Assembly: GCF_031769215.1 (NCBI RefSeq) | Contig: NW_026782915.1 | Span: forward strand, 1 to 62,273 | Direction: 5' to 3' | Length of the DNA stretch: 62,273 nt | Source of the DNA: Ylistrum balloti | Lineage: Eukaryota | In this document: positions 51,201-62,273 of the stretch, in pieces | How positions within the stretch are numbered: position 1 is the first letter of the stretch | Layout of the letters: every line of letters starts with the position of its first letter | Notes under the pieces: generated by a model | The model's input: the letters and a program-made list of their open reading frames with translations, nothing else | Database searches by the model: none | Told to the model about the DNA's origin: nothing | Translations under genes and position numbers: made by a program

Positions 51201-54200
51201 TCACTACAAATAATTTGAAATGCTGAGATTCAAACCCATTAAATTGTATATAAACAATTTTGTAAAAGATAGGTTTTTCTTTCGTTCAATATGTGAAAAC
51301 TTTACCAAAATCAAAGCAAAAGTAATAAAGGAGATAATGAAACAATATAAACAATAATTAGTAAACTATGTAAATGAGATCAACTTAATGAAGTTATATG
51401 TGATATTACAGATTGAGATATTTGCATTTTTTTCAAGAAAGTTCCTCATGTGAAAAAGGATTACTATTGATTGTTTTTCAGTATCATTATATCATATTTA
51501 GCAAGCCAATTGCACATTCTATGGACGTATGCTAAAATCCGAATTTTCATTCTGCTTTCCGACTCTTTTATCACGAAAGTAAGATGGCGGTCAGTTCAAG
51601 CTGACAGCTACGATGTATTCACATAGACCTTTTCGTTATGTATATCAAAGGAATGAAAGTTATAACCAGTGTTTGTTTTCGAATGATAGATTCTTATCTT
51701 GCCCGAAAGCTGTTTGGCCAATTACATGATGATCACATCTCCTCTACGTACTACACAAGTGACCTTGTTTCTGGGTTGGGAGAGTTTGCCATAACCCTCA
51801 CTGGCGATACCAGTAACTGGAACTGTACATTATCAATGTATTATGAGAAGGTTTCATTTTCATGGCTATAAATTGGAGATTTTGTGAAAAGCGGGTCCCG
51901 ATTGAGTCATTGTTATCAGTCGGGTGTGACCTGCACAAATCGGATGACTTAGCAGGTATGTAAGGGTGAACACAATCTACCCCCGAAATATAGGACAAGG
52001 CCAATGCAACGGAACGTTTTTAATCTTAAATTTAAAAGTACATTTTAATTTACATGTGCATATTCATTTCCCTTTTTATAAACGGTCCAAATATGTATAA
52101 ATCATTATGTTGCTGTTATGTTGCATGATTGAATATTTCCTTGGAGCTACATTTTCGAGAAAATAAAAAAGATCTACTTCGTGAACTCTTGATTTCCAGT
52201 ATAAACATAGCTCATACATCTTTAAATACTTCTTCATCAGTTCATGGACATATGAATTCATGAATTAAGGAAACCTACGCCATGAAAATGGTACCTCACG
52301 AAAAATCGATGATTGTAAATTGTCTTCAAAAAGTTATCACGGTATATATGATGACTTTCATCTTCATCAGAAATATGACCTGTGTAAAGCCGTTTTACTG
52401 GTTTGATTTGCATCGAAATGTCAATTACGCCTATTTTGTAACTTCTATTCAAAACATAATTGGCAGTGTACTTTACTCGCTTCTGATATACATATATACA
52501 ATATGTAGTGAAGGTGAACATATTTTTACTGATATCCAGGTATTCTTCGACTTTTAACTTAAATAAATGATGTAATACACATTTTAAGCTATCTCAACAT
52601 TCCCCCAATATGACTTTTCGATCCCATCAGGTTTTGCTATTAAAGTCAATGTCATTCTCATATCTACTTATATTTAATTTGATAGATACCCGTGTACTCC
52701 ATTAAGATATGAGCAATTTGATTTTAAATTGGCGATTAACATATTTTTATGTTGGAATATGACAACAACATATGACTGAAATGATTAAATTAGAGTCATC
52801 CTATTACAGACAAAAATAGTAGAGTGCACTTCAACATTTTAATTTAGCTAATTAACCCTAATATTAACCAAACTATATTAACTTATCATACTTGCAAAAC
52901 TGGGAATGCTTTTTACATGTTCAATGTAAAGGAATTATACGAATGTTTTTATCTTTCAATCTTCAAAACTAATCATCCGATTTAAGCTTGTTACATCGCT
53001 TATGTCCAGGCAAAACCAATAACGGTAGAAATTCACTATCATATCAAAATGTAATTGTACCAAATAAACAAAACGACGATATCGCTTTAGTATCCTTTCC
53101 AATTTCATTTTATTATGAAATCATCATAAAAAGTATAGTTTCTGTTCTTATCTATATCATTCGCTCATAATTTCAGAAAAAAACACAATCTTCATCAAAT
53201 TAGGTTATCGATATATTGCAAATCTCCACTAGAAATTGTTCTTTAAAAACAAGAAGATACCAAATATGTTCACTTTAAAATACAATGAAACAGGATTAAA
53301 ATATGAAAGAATGAAGGTTTAAAGGGCTACTTTTCAAAAGTATACAACGATAACATACCTGTATGTAGACATTTCTGAAGACCAAGCGCCTTAACTATGG
53401 TGTTCATCCTCTCCAATTTTTCAGCCTTGGTGAATCTGTCAGATATTCTGATCATTGCTGTAAACTAACAAAAAGTACAACTTATCCATGATATATTACA
53501 TAACCTAAACTTTATTTCTTTAAAACAGATGTGAAACAAGTTATTTTAACTGATATTAATTGCTATTGTTTACCTGGGTGGAAGCGTGAGGGATCTTATA
53601 GCTGGAAGAGTTCACGTGGTAGGACAGGTGATCCCAAACCTTTTCCTACCCGAACCAGAATGTACTATTAGAATATTGTACGTACTTGTATGTTGCTACT
53701 TTATCTAATATTTTTTTTATTTCTGTCTCCTGTTATTATTATTAGTATATATATATATAACATTTCAGCTACCATCGACCTCTTTGTAACACTATCTCTA
53801 TTAAACATATTACAAATTACATTCAACATTTAAGATAATGATACCATTATAATGCTATTTACATAAAGTGTCTCCCATAACGTCAGAGAAGGCAAAAACA
53901 CGTCACTTTGAATGACGTAACCTAGTCGACGGCGTAGCACTTTGTCAAAAGGCATTCCGTTTAGATTTACTCTCCCAGAAACAGCTGGAATTCTACCTGC
54001 CAATGTATTAAGTAAGGTTGTCTTCCCAGATCCTAGGAAAAAAATCATCAGTAATAATGATAATAATAAATCATGATATGAGACTAAATATGTTTCTCTG
54101 ATGAATACTATGGATGTGTCAAGAACCAAAATCATACAATACGATTAAATATAACATAGTTTTGTAATAAAACTTAATTATTTGACAGCCACGATTTATT

Positions 54201-54420
54201 TACTAGATTTGTATTGAAAGGTGTTTGCCTTCAGTAGAGCACTAGGGTAATAACCAATTACATATTTACCTGTCGGACCCATGACTGCAAGTAGATCACC
54301 ACTGTAAACAATGCCGGAGACATTCTTCAGAATTTCTTTGGAATTGACGGCCACAACCAAATCCGTAAATTCCAAATAGGAATGCTTTGAATCGGATGTT
54401 GAAATAGTTGTTTTTAGCAT
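39266..54420 (-). CDS. ABC transporter subfamily G half-transporter, NBD-TMD (14 exons, 637 aa)
   Basis: Exons 54420-54270, 54032-53863, 53464-53359, 51203-51094, 50254-50093, 49297-49204, 44523-44460, 43179-43040, 42649-42405, 41593-41536, 41004-40790, 40357-40267, 39736-39619, 39455-39266. Phases are consistent, total 1914 nt. Walker A GPTGSGKTT, signature MSGGEKKR, Walker B ILLLDEPTSGLD, H-loop [18 protein letters not shown]. The exon-8 donor is the least certain junction. Confidence 0.94.
45121..49214 (-). repeat. ~31-bp satellite, roughly 130 copies, filling ABCG intron 6
   Basis: Plus-strand unit AATAGATAAAACATAACTTACATAGAAAGTC, with 31-33 bp variants differing mostly in the A-run. Copy number is estimated from length divided by unit size. 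Confidence 0.98.
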
Positions 54421-55749
54421 TTAGTTAAAAACAATATACCTAGATATTGGTGACGTAACCCAAATAGGGTATACTCCATCATTCTTAAAAACGTACAATA
54501 TCTTGATATAAATCTAATAATCGTTACTTGATATTCTCATTTCTCTTTGAAATCGACCAGATCAATACTTTCTAATCTAAAACTCTTTTATACAAAATTT
54601 TATATATTCACATAGACAAGATATTATAAAAGAAAGCATATTTTATGGACATAAAAACACAGTATGCATATGTAATATTTGATTTTTCGAAGCATTTCCC
54701 ATCGCTAACAATGCAGGTCTACTTAAATTTTTAAACGGAATCACAAATAATGATTCAGCGTATTTTGCACCTAAATTATTTCAAAGATCATTCATTCTCT
54801 GTCTTAAAAATACTTATGTTCACATAATTACAGATCTTTACTTTCCCCGATATTGTGATGTTGCTATGAAACACAATTAAAACTAATACTTTTATATATA
54901 TGATAAGCAAATGCACAAGATACAAACCATTTTAAACCAGATGAAGCGTCTTTTTGTTCGATAGACATTTACAATCTCTATAACAATGTCATTCGAAGGT
55001 ACAGGTATCTTCTTAAGCAATGAAGTTATGGCGTCAACTACACCACACACATACCGGTACAGTTAAAAAGAGTACTAACTATAACTGAACACCAGTACAT
55101 ATTTAGGAAAACGAAACGCCTTATCTGATTGGCTTCAGGCACAATTTTCATAGAAATTAACAAACATTCTTCATGGAACATAATGAAAGAGTAGCTATCC
55201 ATTAAGAATAATTAAATTGGAGATTTTATTACTGTACTTATTAATTTGACACGGTCATCATGTCGTGTAATTATTCATTATCTCCCAAAATTACATATTA
55301 AATTAGTGCAGTTAAGATATATCTTAGAATTCGTTAATTATTTTTGGTTTTTGTAACATTTGTAAAATAACTGGCTAGACTGAACGAAATACCATATATA
55401 ACAAGCACATTTTTGTGTGATCCCATTTCATCAATACTTAGGTGCGTTATTCTAGGATGTCTCGCGTGAAACGTATAAACACAGAGTTTCCATATTGACC
55501 GTTAACATTGCATATTTAGATACCACATACACTGAATAGTTATACTGCATATGACAGCTGCTTCGTCATTATCGATTTTCTCAATGTGATATGCGTCGAA
55601 TGAATGAATAATGTAAAAGGCAAATCCTCAAAATAATCTAGCAGGCAAGTTGGCAAACTAAACAAGAAGGCAAGTTGGCAACTTAATCTGGAAGCCTATT
55701 TGACAAAATAGTCTAGAAAGTAAGTTGGCAAAATAATCTAGAAGGCGTT

Positions 55750-56190
55750 GATGATATTTACAAGTCACAATTGATTCGATATTCAAGGGCCTGTTCCCAT
55801 TATCACGATTTTCGTGCAAGAAGTCGTCAACAAACTGACAAACTCGTGACACAAGGGTTAAAAAGATGCAGGTTGATTAAAATTATGAGGAAGTTTTATG
55901 GTCGCCATAGTGATACCATTGAGAAATATTTTGTGCGACATGACGTTGGACGTATTTGATGCTCGTTAGTTTGTCTGTTGGTTCTGTTGTTGTATAAATT
56001 GTTCTCAGTTACATGACGGTGTCGTCGATGAAGTAGAAGAAGCTTGCTCTTCCGGAACACCTGGTCTTATTATCCTTGTTCTTTTTCAAGAATCTCCGTG
56101 TTAATCTTTCTTTTGTTTTTATTTTACCCAAGTTTTATGAAATCTGAGTTTGAATTATGATTATGTAGCCATGTTTGTATTTTAGTAATA
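55750..56190 (+). mobile_element. Penelope-like element, RT C-terminal fragment plus 3' region
   Basis: Translates SQLIRYSRACSHYHDF...KLVTQG...KFYGRH..IEKY, the recalled C-terminal RT motif of invertebrate Penelope-like elements, followed by CTCCGGAACACCTGGTC. Confidence 0.7.
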
Positions 56191-57702
56191 TAGTCTAGAA
56201 GGCAAGTGGGCAAAATCGTGTAAAAGGCGACCTGGCGAAAAGCAATAAAAAATAAATTGTCAAACACAAAGGTTAGAGGATAATTGATTGGACGTACTTT
56301 TACAATTACTTACAGTGTTGGATTATTTTCGAGAACCTCACTGTCATAGGCATATTCTGCCTATATTCATAAGCGTTAAGACAGGGCAATGAGCATACAG
56401 GCCAACTTTCCGGATTCAATCGGGAGTTTCCCGATTCTCACTACCCTCCCCCTCCTCTCGGTCGTATGGATAAAAATTGGGGGAATCTCCAGATTTCAGA
56501 GATCCCGCTAGGCAGATCATATGTTATCTTGCTATATATGTCAGATTTATAAGGCCGGACCCCTGGCCACACAATCAAAGTTTAACTAGGTGAGTACATA
56601 GTCCAATTATCGAATTAGCGTCACCGACTTCAGAATAATCTTCGCTGGCCACTACGCAAGGGAGCACACTACCTAATTAAAGGTAGACTATTGGTCAGGA
56701 CTCTGCCTACGACAATATGTTTAAATAGGAGGTCAGTTGTGATGATAGTGAGTTATAGTCTGGTGCTGAATTGTTGTACAGGTAACTTGAACGGGTAAAT
56801 CAGAAAATCAAGTTCTGATAACTGTTCAGAAAACTGTTAATAACTGTTAAATAAAGGAATCAAATATATTTGTTTATATATAATAATAATAAAGGAGTAG
56901 ATGCATTAAGGATCAATTTTGGCCCCAGCATAGATTTTCTTAATTTTTATATCATGCAAACATGGACATATGACATTGATAAAAAAACAAGTTTTCAATA
57001 ATTCTGACAATGCGTTGCCTAGCAACGGGCCTGGAAACCAACCTACTCTTTACCGTCTATTTGCACATTTTAGTGATATTTCACTGTTTTTTTTATTATT
57101 TGGTGAAAATATTTAATCAATTTTTACATATCAATGGTATGATTTAAAAATCATATCATATTTGTGATCAACCATCATATATTACATGTTTAAGATTTCC
57201 TAGCAACACAATAGCAACCAAACTCTCTCCATAGCAACGGATTGTAATAAATACAATAATGGACACAGAAAATTGATGATAATACTCAAGGGCTGTTTAG
57301 ATTATGATACATCTTAAAAATGTAAATATGATGATACAATAGAGCATATAGGTGGTATTCCACAGTAACCATGTCTTACCATAGCAACTAAATATTTCAC
57401 CATAGCAACAGTACATGCAATAATCAGTACATCAATTTGTCAATACTTCCGTACACGGTTATCTTTATATTCTTGGTTAATTTGAAAAGGATATGAAATC
57501 AAACATGTTACAGTTAATGATTCTTACAAAAGTTAAAAGTTATTTCAAATAAACATTATGCACTAACAAAATACATTGTCATTCGAGATTAAAGCCAATT
57601 CCTCAGTCGATCAAGTGACCATCGTGCATTTGTAATTACATTTTTGGAGATTCCGAAATTTATATGTAATTTACATGGCTACATCGGTAAAGCTGTGCTG
57701 TT

Positions 57703-60051
57703 TTATTCCTCCGTGTTACCTTCATCATCACTCTCATCAATACTGATTGGGTCTGGTGTATAACTGGCATCTTGTAAATATTGTGTCCAGTCCTTACTAA
57801 AGTCAAAGGACTTGTCTAAATGACGTGCAAATCCCATATACCATAAGATGGATGCAACATGGGAGCAAGTCCCAACCACCCTCGCCCCAGCACGGCATGT
57901 ACAGTACCATCCTTGCACATTACAATCATCAAATGATACCCACAATTGGTAAAGTTTTGAGGAAAAATGTCGGCTCTGTATCTTGGCATTGATCAGATTA
58001 GCATCTACTTTACAGATAGATACTTCATATCCTCCCGTTTCGCTCATATGTTCCTGTGTGTAGGACCGTGCCAGTTTGAGCTGATACACTCCCAGTGTCA
58101 AATTCCGCAGGTCTTCTTCTGTCAGAACAGGAAATATGATATCAGTTGTGGTCTCCATCTTCTGCCACTTACTAGGTCGATTGAAAAGGCCTTCTCGTTC
58201 AATTCTCTCCCAAAGAGAATTCTGCTTCCGTGACAAATGCAACATTTTCGATCCTAGCAGTTGATCTTGCTCTGCATCCCCCGTGCTTATTGGTGTACCG
58301 AACTTGTTGAAGATTGCACACACAATCCTGACAATATCGCCTATGTATGGAATCTGTGAGTTTGGCAACACACGATCCAAATATTTCCAGGTTTTTAACC
58401 GTCCATTCACAGCCTCAACGACCCATCTGAAAAATAGTAAATAGATGCATTTTGAATGTGAATAAATGCAGTATTCAAATGCATATGATGGTAACTATAT
58501 CAAATAAATTTTGTTTTCAATTTCGACATCTTCTAAATGGACAGGTTTATGCAGTTCAACTTATAAAATCGAAAGTATCTAATTCTCACTGGGAATTACC
58601 TTTAACCATTTTAATGATATATTAATACAAATAAGTTATAAATATGTTGTAAAAGCAATTGGTAAAGTTAGTAAAATGTTACTCAGAACAAAGAGAGACC
58701 TTACCTTATTTTAGTAACAAGCCTGGAAGCGTTGCTTTCTCCGGTAGTGTGCTGTTTCCTTTGCTTGGAAAAAGAAGGCATCTCTGTTTGTATTCCTAGC
58801 TGTTGTAGGAGGTCCATGGAATCTCTAAAGCCTCTGTCAACCACAAACACATCATTTTCCTGAATCCACTCCTTGATTTCTTGAATGTTGGAATTTAAAA
58901 TCTGATTCAGGATGCTGGCATCATTGTTTTTGGAATCGGCAAAATAGGGACCTAACACGGACACTATGTAACCTGTTGTGGTGACAAACATCATAGGTTT
59001 TACCAACGGCCGGTGCTTATGCATGCTGTAACTCCTCCTTTGGAACATAAATTGGCCACTCTTTTGTATATAAATGTAGGTGCCATCAATTACAAGAATG
59101 GCTGGTTCCATAAGTCCTCCAAACAATGTTTGGGCGAGTGGTCTTGTGTGTTTCAGTATAACATCTTGTCGACTTACATGCTGAAATCCCAGATTTGATG
59201 GAACAAAGTCTTTCGCTAGTGCAACTCTTGCCGATGTTACTGCACGTCGAATAGAATCTTTTCCAATGTTAAAAACTGTTGATAGGACTTTATTTGACAT
59301 GCCACTTTTTAGTTTAGTAAGAAAGATGCCGACACAAGATTTAATGCTCCTATTCTGAAGATCGCACAGAACCAGCACAGTGAGTACACAAATCGTTAAA
59401 ATGCTGTGTACATAGTCCAGTTAGTGTAATGAAATCTTCATTCGAAAGGGCATGCGGTGAGTCAAAGTCAATGCGTTTGCTTTGCTGTGTATTTGCTACA
59501 TCTCTAATCTTAGAAATCAATGCCACTATTTCAGTACGATTAAGAGAAGATAGGTCACTTTTTATAGCAATGTTTTCACAAGCATCATTTTGCAATAGAC
59601 CATCCTCGATATGATGACTACAACATCTTGCTCCGAACGGAACTAAAACCCCTTTTTGCAGGAAGAGGTCGTATTTCGCGTCACGAGATATTACCACCAG
59701 TTTCTTTGGGTAAGTATTGCATACAAAACATTTTTTGTGGCTACTTCCAGTGGATGGGATTGAAAGTGTAATATTCCGCGGCGATGAAAGGATGTTCTTT
59801 GTTGATTTATTACAAGGGGCTTCAACTGAAGAGTGGTGTTGAGCGATGTGTGTACGACGCTGTAGTATTGAGCGATGACATGACATACGACACTTTCCAC
59901 AAATGACATCTTCTTCTTTTGTTTGTATCATATATGTTTTCAACAAATATTTTCTTAGTGAAGAGTTTTCCTTGCCTTTAGTGAAGCGCCTGTCCCCAGG
60001 TTTTGTTCTCTTAGAACAAACAACACACCGAAATTCTCCCTTTCCAGGCAT
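57703..60051 (-). mobile_element. PIF/Harbinger-ISL2EU-type (DDE_Tnp_4-like) transposase gene with HTH and C-terminal SWIM finger; one intron, one frameshift
   Basis: ATG 60051 lies just after an acceptor. Segment 60051-58705 has a frameshift near 59352; intron 58704-58427 (GT-AG); exon 58426-57703. Triad LVIDGTY / VVDRGFRD / RWVVEAVNGRLK, HTH-like FITLTG...[31 protein letters not shown]. About 690 aa if repaired. TIRs were not identified. Confidence 0.88.
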
Positions 60052-61760
60052 CCTAAACAAATAGATACTAACTATATTAAAATATGTCCCAAACATCAGA
60101 AACTAAAGGGCGTCTGGGCATTTACTTATTGTATGTTGAATAAATATGAAACATTGTATCCATCACTTGTTGTTTATACAGTGTATCATGCAATACTGAT
60201 CTTCATAATGTTATTACAATGATTTATCAAACATGTAAATTGATGTGTTAACAGGGACCCGAGTCAGATATGAGCATTGCTTTGACTAGGTGTTAAATAT
60301 TTGTATTACTTTACTAGAAGTCAATAATTGCTTTATTATACAGTATATACTGTATGAAATAATAAAATAATAGCTATTTTAGAAGCTGGTAGCTGGACTC
60401 ATATGAAGTAATCGAAAATGTTTATCATTGTTTTTCATAAATAGCCAACAAGGAAAGACTGGACAAACAATTGGAGGGAGACAGACAGTGACAATTACAT
60501 TAAACACATGTATAATAGAAAAAAAACCTGTTTTTATTACAATACATATATCAGTCACCTTTTTTAAAATAAAATATTGTAGTTGAAACGGAAATAAACA
60601 TGATAATGAGAGAATTCTCCTCCAAGTATTTCAGATTTCTGTTACTTAACAATTTGAAGCATAGAAATAAGATTAATTCAGGAACTTCCTAAAACACTTA
60701 CATGTAACTTCAAGAATCTCCAGGCATTTTCTCGCTACTCTCTGTCTCCTATTACATCACTAGTAAACCTTAAAGAATGAAAATAATGAAAATAAATAAT
60801 CTATTAAATCTTAAGTTCGGTGAAAAATCTGATTTTTACAAAACTTTATTTTAAAGAGTAGCTAATGTATATTATGCCAGTGTCAATCTGTTTTAAAAAA
60901 ATATATATCAAGCCAGTGTTTCGTATGTTTCCCGTAATTTGTTTTTGGTAACAGTACATGTAGCATTGATACTGGCTATACAGTATATCTGGAGCATATA
61001 AACACGTTTATATATACATGTAAGCATGTACATGTATATACTTCATTTAGTTATTCAGGGATGTGCCATTATAACAAGAGTTCTCCGAAATATACAAGCC
61101 AATAAACTAACTGCAGCCAAAAATGAAGCTAGGTCAAAAATATCAAATAGCCACAATATAATAATGTTCGATTCATTGTGCTGACGAAACTTACAAAGCA
61201 GAAGACTTACGTTTAATTTCTGAATCAAATGTATCCATAAAAATATTTGAATTCAGGTCCTCAGGATCGTTATGTTACTGGGATTCTTCAAAAGAAAATA
61301 TACATGGTAAGATTTTTCATCGTATTAATTTTACAATAGTATAAATGAGAGAAATTATACCCTAGCCCATAAGAATTAACACTTTAGTTTCTGCACGTAT
61401 ATGCTGATTATTTGATGCTAGCAAAAGTAAGTCCGACGCAAAAAATATATATAGAAAAAAAACTACCCTAGGTCGATAACAATTCAGCAAAATGACATCT
61501 AACGCGATGTAAGAGTTACAATATATCCAAAAGAAATATTTGTAACACCAAGACTATCGATGCAGATATAATTGTTTGTATTAGAATGCAAGGATATTTA
61601 TATGGAAAAATACATGTAGCAACATGATATAACGTCCTGAAAATATTCTAATATTTATAATTATTAATTCTATCAGTACATTATTGATGAATATAACTAT
61701 TAAAATCGAGAATAATTGAGGTGAAAGTTATAGAAAAAAAATAAGAATAAAAAATAATAT

Positions 61761-61841
61761 GGTGTGTGCCCGCGATTTGAACTCGCCACGGCAAAACTAC
61801 ACCTCCAGAGCATCGCACCTTCACCATTACACTACAGCGGC
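61761..61841 (-). pseudogene. tRNA-derived (SINE-head-like) sequence
   Basis: A-box TAGTGTAATGG (61834-61824) and B-box GAGTTCAAATC (61784-61774) at tRNA-like spacing. The acceptor stem does not pair. Confidence 0.6.
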
Positions 61842-62273
61842 TGATTACGTCACAGAGGAGATTTTGTTAGTAATATAAATCAAAACCAACACACTTCGGA
61901 TGTACACTGATTTTATTATGGGTGTGTGAATTGACTCTTTAGTTTATATCTCGTATATAGGAACACTTTCTCATTTTTATATGTTAGTGTATGTTTTGAA
62001 AACAACACTGTAGCAAATACAGTTTTGCCATTATGTTTTTTCTGACGATAAATCCCTGCATTTTGTTTGGTTGCAAAATTCTATTTTTAGACGCAGACTC
62101 AGACAACGTTATTATGGAAAATACCGTTTACAAACAAAAAAAGAAAAGGTTTTATTTTATTTTTTATACTTGTTATTGTATTTTTACTTACTGCATACTT
62201 ATCAAAACACTAGCAATATTAGACAACTTCTACAAGATGTGCAGATTGTGTTGACAGCTCTTCTACGTATACA

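Noticed and set aside
2716-54420. P450 plus ABCG as a detoxification gene cluster
   Set aside because: They are 30 kb apart, separated by three unrelated genes, and both belong to very large families, so proximity is expected by chance.
55750-56200. Hammerhead ribozyme in the Penelope-like fragment
   Set aside because: No CTGANGA...GAAA core with flanking stems was found by eye.
61761-61841. Functional tRNA gene
   Set aside because: The 5' and 3' ends do not pair into an acceptor stem and no clear anticodon arm is present.
56890-61900. Terminal inverted repeats for the DDE transposase (e.g. TTAAGG at ~56906 and CCTTAA at ~60769)
   Set aside because: Similarity did not extend beyond 6 bp, so element boundaries could not be supported.

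Overview
AT-rich eukaryotic genomic DNA. The repeat families look bivalve/mollusc-like, which is an inference. I reconstructed five intron-containing host genes by hand with fully consistent exon phases: a CYP2-clan cytochrome P450 (+, 8 exons, 489 aa), a TMCO6/importin-alpha-like ARM protein (-, 12 coding exons, 471 aa), MND1 (+, 6 exons, 205 aa, head-to-head with the ARM gene), a CARD+death-domain adaptor of CRADD/RAIDD architecture (-, 2 coding exons, 221 aa) and an ABCG half-transporter (-, 14 exons, 637 aa). Mobile DNA includes the 5' half of a near-intact Mag-like Gypsy element, an internally deleted CR1-type LINE, a Penelope-like RT fragment, a spliced Harbinger/ISL2EU-type DDE transposase with a C-terminal SWIM finger, Helentron/HINE-like remnants and a tRNA-derived head. 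The most unusual observation is that two independent intronic tandem arrays are amplified copies of their own gene's exon/intron junction. One is a ~4.1 kb, ~130-copy array of the ABCG exon-6 end plus GTAAGT donor; the other is an 82-bp higher-order array of TACAG|GTAAAT in the ARM gene. No database searches were run, so family names rest on motif recognition.
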